Shown: positions 60,602 to 64,000 of the stretch, piece by piece
How the letters are laid out: each line of letters opens with the position of its first letter
Numbering within the stretch: position 1 is the first letter of the stretch
DNA from: Candidatus Latescibacterota bacterium
GTDB taxonomy: Bacteria; Latescibacterota; UBA2968; GCA-2709665
Reading direction: 5' to 3'
Assembly (NCBI GenBank): GCA_965205485.1
Contig: OZ242180.1
Coordinates: 1,376,001-1,440,000, forward strand
Length of the DNA: 64,000 nucleotides
Position numbers and translations under genes: made by a program
Notes under the pieces: generated by a model
Databases searched by the model: none
The model's input: the letters and a program-made list of their open reading frames with translations, nothing else
Told to the model about the DNA's origin: nothing

Positions 60602-60798
60602 CCTCTCCCCCCAGCCCCGCAGACCTCTCTCCCCGGCCCTCTCTCCTACCAGGAGAGAGGGAGCAAAAACAGGCTTCGCGTGCCGGTCATTGACAGACAC
60701 TCCGGTCGAAAGGAAATCGCCATCCGGCACATCACAAAACCTGTACAGCCACCCATCAACATTCCCCCTTCCTCTCAGGAAGGGGGTTAGGGGGTAGG
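60602..60798. repeat. CCCTCTC/GAGAGGG-type purine-pyrimidine palindromic repeats
   Basis: ccctctctcctaccaggagagaggg and cccccttcctctcaggaaggggg hairpins. Confidence 0.65.
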
Positions 60799-60813
60799 TC
60801 CCAGCCGACAGAC

Positions 60814-63800
60814 CTACGGCGCAATCACAAAAGCCACGTCCTTTTCAACCTTCTCACCGCTGTTCGCGTCGTCGATCGATACCTTCAACGCGTATCGTCC
60901 CGGAACGTGTTCATCCAGCGCGAGTTCGACGTATTCCTCTTCCTGTGCCGAAGCGCCCTGCTGTTCGTACGTGACGGCCAGTTCCTCGCGTTTTCCGGTT
61001 CCCCACCGGAACAGGTGGGCGATGTTGCCCTTCCGGCCCGGGATGTCTCTCGACGTGATGGCATAGGACACTTTGTAGTTCGTCTGTCCGAACGCGTCCT
61101 TGTGCAGATTGTAGATTTCGTAGTAGACGAAAACGCTCTGACCCTTTTTGAACGTCCTCGAAGGCATCGGAACGACGTTCAGCTCTCCCTTGACAAATTT
61201 GCCGGTCCCATTTGCCGCGACAACCCGCCACGCCAGTTCCAGGTCGCTGATCTGCAACCGTTCCTCGCCATAGGGATCCACGTCGACCTGCTGCCGATAG
61301 ATGCCCGTTCGTCCCCTCAACCGGTCCTGCGCCTTCACCTCGAGGCGGTAGGACCCGGAAGGCAGGTTCAGCTTCAGAACATCAGGCGTCAGCAAGCCCT
61401 CGCCGGCCCGGTTTCCGGCGGCTTCGATGGTCGTTTCATCCGTCCGCCGGTAGACCGTGTCCTGCGACGACGAAATGAGCGCCGCGTGGTGCGTCAAAAC
61501 CTGCCGCGTGACGTCCTCTTCCGGCACGTAATGCGCCGGTAGAATGGGGACGCCGTAGTAGATTTCGAGGAGGCTGCGACCGTCTTCGCCCCTGAAGTCG
61601 GCAAGCGAATAGTGGAAGTCGAGCTGCGGCGTTTCATGTCGTGGCGTGTAGAAATCGGGCGTGACACGCGCTGCTCGCCGGTAGACGGAATGGGGCGCGT
61701 GCCTGCTTAAGGACGCGGTCTGGCCGATTGATATATCCCCCTGGTTCGGCGGTACTGGCGCATAATCGTAGTTTCCGGAACCAATTTCGTCGGTAAAGGT
61801 GATTTCAATGCCTCCGCCCGCATCGGTGTAGATCCACGTTTCCCAGGGTACAGTACTCCGGTCTTCGCCCGAAGTCACCGGGTGATAGTCGCCGAATCCG
61901 AGGCTTTCGTCCAGTGGCAAAATGCCTAACTTCACGGAATCGTCATTCACGAAGAAATCGTCCATTTCTCTGTCCTGATCCAGTTCCGTATCGCCCGCCT
62001 CCGTACCATGGTCCGCCGCGCCGGCAATCTCACACGCCGATGGTTCCGAATTCTCGATTTTAAACTCTTTTAATTCGTACCATGCGCCGTCGAGCTGCTT
62101 GAGGCTGCGGACGGGATAGACGGGTCCGACAAACGTGTGCGCGCGGACGTCGCCCTTATAGATGTTGTAGGCGAGACGCTCCTTGACCCGCTGCACTTTC
62201 AGGCTCTGTCTGAAGTTGGGGTCGTCCGACCGGGACCGATGATCCGGTTCACCGAATCGGATATAGACGTCTCCTCTCGCGTCCCACGGTTGGTTGCCTT
62301 CCGAAAACTCCGTCAACGCGTGCCAGACCCTCCGGTAGTGTTCCAACTGGCGTTCGTTCACCGGGGTGGACAGGTCCGGGTCCTTCCCGTTCCAGAATCG
62401 CTTGAGATACGTGTCACGATCCAGGCCCTCGGCCCCATCAAACGCCCGGAGCTCCTCACCGGAGGCGACAAGCGAGATATCTTCGTACCATTCCTGCTTT
62501 TCCGGACCAAGTTTGGAGATGTAGTCTTCGAAGAACGCCATCGCCATGTCCGGCTTGTCCTGTTCGATGGCGGAAATGGCGACAATGGGCATCAGTTCGA
62601 TGGCTTCGGGGTGCGTCCTGACGAAATCCAGCAGATGGTCCATAATCCTGGAATAATCTCTGACTTTCAGGTACGCAACCCCCAGCCGGCGCTGCGCGTC
62701 AGCGTCTTCCGGGCGAAGCGCGAGGTACCTGGTATACCAGACGACGGCCTTCTCGAATTCCCACGACAGGTTCAGATAGTAGTCCGCAATCAGCAGGTAG
62801 GCATCCGCGTGGTCCGGGTCCATTCTCAGGACTCTTTTTGCCTCCAGTTCGGCATCGCGCTGTTTCATCGCATATCGCACTCTGGCCATCTGATACCGCG
62901 CGTCCACGAAATCCCGGTCCTTGATCAACGCCTCCGTAAAGTGGTGAATCGCGAAATGCCGCTGCATCGGCCACGTCGTGTAGAGCATTCCCAGGCCGTG
63001 GTGGGCCAGCGCCTTGCTCCCCAGGGTCAGCGCCCGATGAAACGCGTCCTTCGATTCCTCGAATCGCTTCAGTTTCAGGAGAATGTGACCGAGGTGGATG
63101 TATGCATCGGGATCCCTGGGGCGTTGTCGCGCGACGTTCCGGAAGATCAGGCGCGCCCGATCCAGATCATCCGCGTCCATGGCGCGGCGTCCACTGGCGG
63201 CCAGGCTGTCGACCTGTGCCGCGCGCGGTGTTGAGATTATCGTGTGACCGCCGTCGAGACCGGCGACGCCGTCGATCCGGTCGCCTCGGTGCCAGAAACA
63301 TGCCAGGGCCGGCGCGCCAGGCAACCCGTCATGTCTATAGAGATAGTCGCTGAGAAATGAGTAGTCCCGGTTAGCCGGGCAGGAGAACTGCACGCCGAGG
63401 ATGGTTGTGTAGTCATCCCGTTCGTTCCCGGCGGGCGTTTCTGCAACAATCCTGGCCGTTGCCCACCCGTGTAGTTCTCCAAGATCCGCGGGTGCGGCGC
63501 CGTTTCGCGCGTGCTTGAATCCCTCGATCAACCGCAGCATCCCCGTCAGACGCTCCCGGCAGTTGCGTCGGTCGGCCTCCCTGGTTTCTGTGTCGATCCA
63601 TTCTTCGCAGACTTCGATGTATCTCGTGCAACTCTTTCTCGACAGTCCGTACTTCGCAGCCCCATCGTCGAGTTTCCTGAATGCGCGCCTGGCCTGCTCG
63701 AACATCTTCTCCGCTCTGGATTCGTTTTCCCGGTGCAGCGCATTCCTTCCGCGTATGTACAAATCCAGGCCGGCGCCGATCAGGCCCAGGGCCGCATCTG

Positions 63801-64000
63801 CACCGTTGGCCCCGCGCATGGCCGGGGAGGTCCGGGTATGCGGGAATGTCTTGCGGATTCGTTGCCCGATCGTGGATATATCTTTTTTGGTATCCGTCTG
63901 AACGGCCTCTCCCGTGTCTGCGTGAATGCGGATCGACTCCGCTCCGTCATTGATTCGGCACCTGACAGAGTTCCCGTCCGCTGACCACGCTACCGGCCCC
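60814..64000 (-). CDS. TPR + GWxTD-domain protein (5' end outside window)
   Basis: TPR helices, FWNGKDPD..TPVNE...EHYRRV, DARGDVYIRFGEPD, WETWIY; frame stays open to the window end. Confidence 0.85.
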   Translation of the reverse strand, partial: GPVAWSADGNSVRCRINDGAESIRIHADTGEAVQTDTKKDISTIGQRIRKTFPHTRTSPAMRGANGADAALGLIGAGLDLYIRGRNALHRENESRAEKMFEQARRAFRKLDDGAAKYGLSRKSCTRYIEVCEEWIDTETREADRRNCRERLTGMLRLIEGFKHARNGAAPADLGELHGWATARIVAETPAGNERDDYTTILGVQFSCPANRDYSFLSDYLYRHDGLPGAPALACFWHRGDRIDGVAGLDGGHTIISTPRAAQVDSLAASGRRAMDADDLDRARLIFRNVARQRPRDPDAYIHLGHILLKLKRFEESKDAFHRALTLGSKALAHHGLGMLYTTWPMQRHFAIHHFTEALIKDRDFVDARYQMARVRYAMKQRDAELEAKRVLRMDPDHADAYLLIADYYLNLSWEFEKAVVWYTRYLALRPEDADAQRRLGVAYLKVRDYSRIMDHLLDFVRTHPEAIELMPIVAISAIEQDKPDMAMAFFEDYISKLGPEKQEWYEDISLVASGEELRAFDGAEGLDRDTYLKRFWNGKDPDLSTPVNERQLEHYRRVWHALTEFSEGNQPWDARGDVYIRFGEPDHRSRSDDPNFRQSLKVQRVKERLAYNIYKGDVRAHTFVGPVYPVRSLKQLDGAWYELKEFKIENSEPSACEIAGAADHGTEAGDTELDQDREMDDFFVNDDSVKLGILPLDESLGFGDYHPVTSGEDRSTVPWETWIYTDAGGGIEITFTDEIGSGNYDYAPVPPNQGDISIGQTASLSRHAPHSVYRRAARVTPDFYTPRHETPQLDFHYSLADFRGEDGRSLLEIYYGVPILPAHYVPEEDVTRQVLTHHAALISSSQDTVYRRTDETTIEAAGNRAGEGLLTPDVLKLNLPSGSYRLEVKAQDRLRGRTGIYRQQVDVDPYGEERLQISDLELAWRVVAANGTGKFVKGELNVVPMPSRTFKKGQSVFVYYEIYNLHKDAFGQTNYKVSYAITSRDIPGRKGNIAHLFRWGTGKREELAVTYEQQGASAQEEEYVELALDEHVPGRYALKVSIDDANSGEKVEKDVAFVIAP

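Overview
High-GC bacterial chromosome window. The gene mix (GWxTD/TPR protein, heparinase II/III-like enzymes, many lipoproteins) resembles Latescibacterota/Gemmatimonadota-like lineages, but this is inference only. From left to right it holds: the 3' end of nuoN; a complete F0F1 ATP synthase operon with unusually divergent alpha/beta subunits; a nitroreductase plus MNT/Fic/MNT-HEPN island; a catabolic block (two heparinase II/III-like proteins, deacetylase, cysteine hydrolase, esterase, C45 peptidase, DegT aminotransferase, creatininase); a PspA-DUF4178-YbjN / lipoprotein-DUF350-SpeE module split into two convergent halves; recJ and oxidoreductases; a tandem array of six (+1) mosaic kelch-repeat lipoproteins; a RelE-like/XRE TA pair; and a partial GWxTD/TPR gene. 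I recognised no rRNA, tRNA, CRISPR array or transposase. The intergenic DNA is dense with short repeats. There are two MITE families, A (4 copies) and B (3 copies). The basic unit of each adds a net 165 bp, and one MITE-A copy sits in frame inside the RelE-like toxin. Other repeats include mini-hairpins with covarying stems nested in the MITEs, REP-like palindromes, and heptamer tracts that run into the ribosome-binding regions of atpD, the nitroreductase gene and rraA. Several single-base frameshifts may be sequencing errors.
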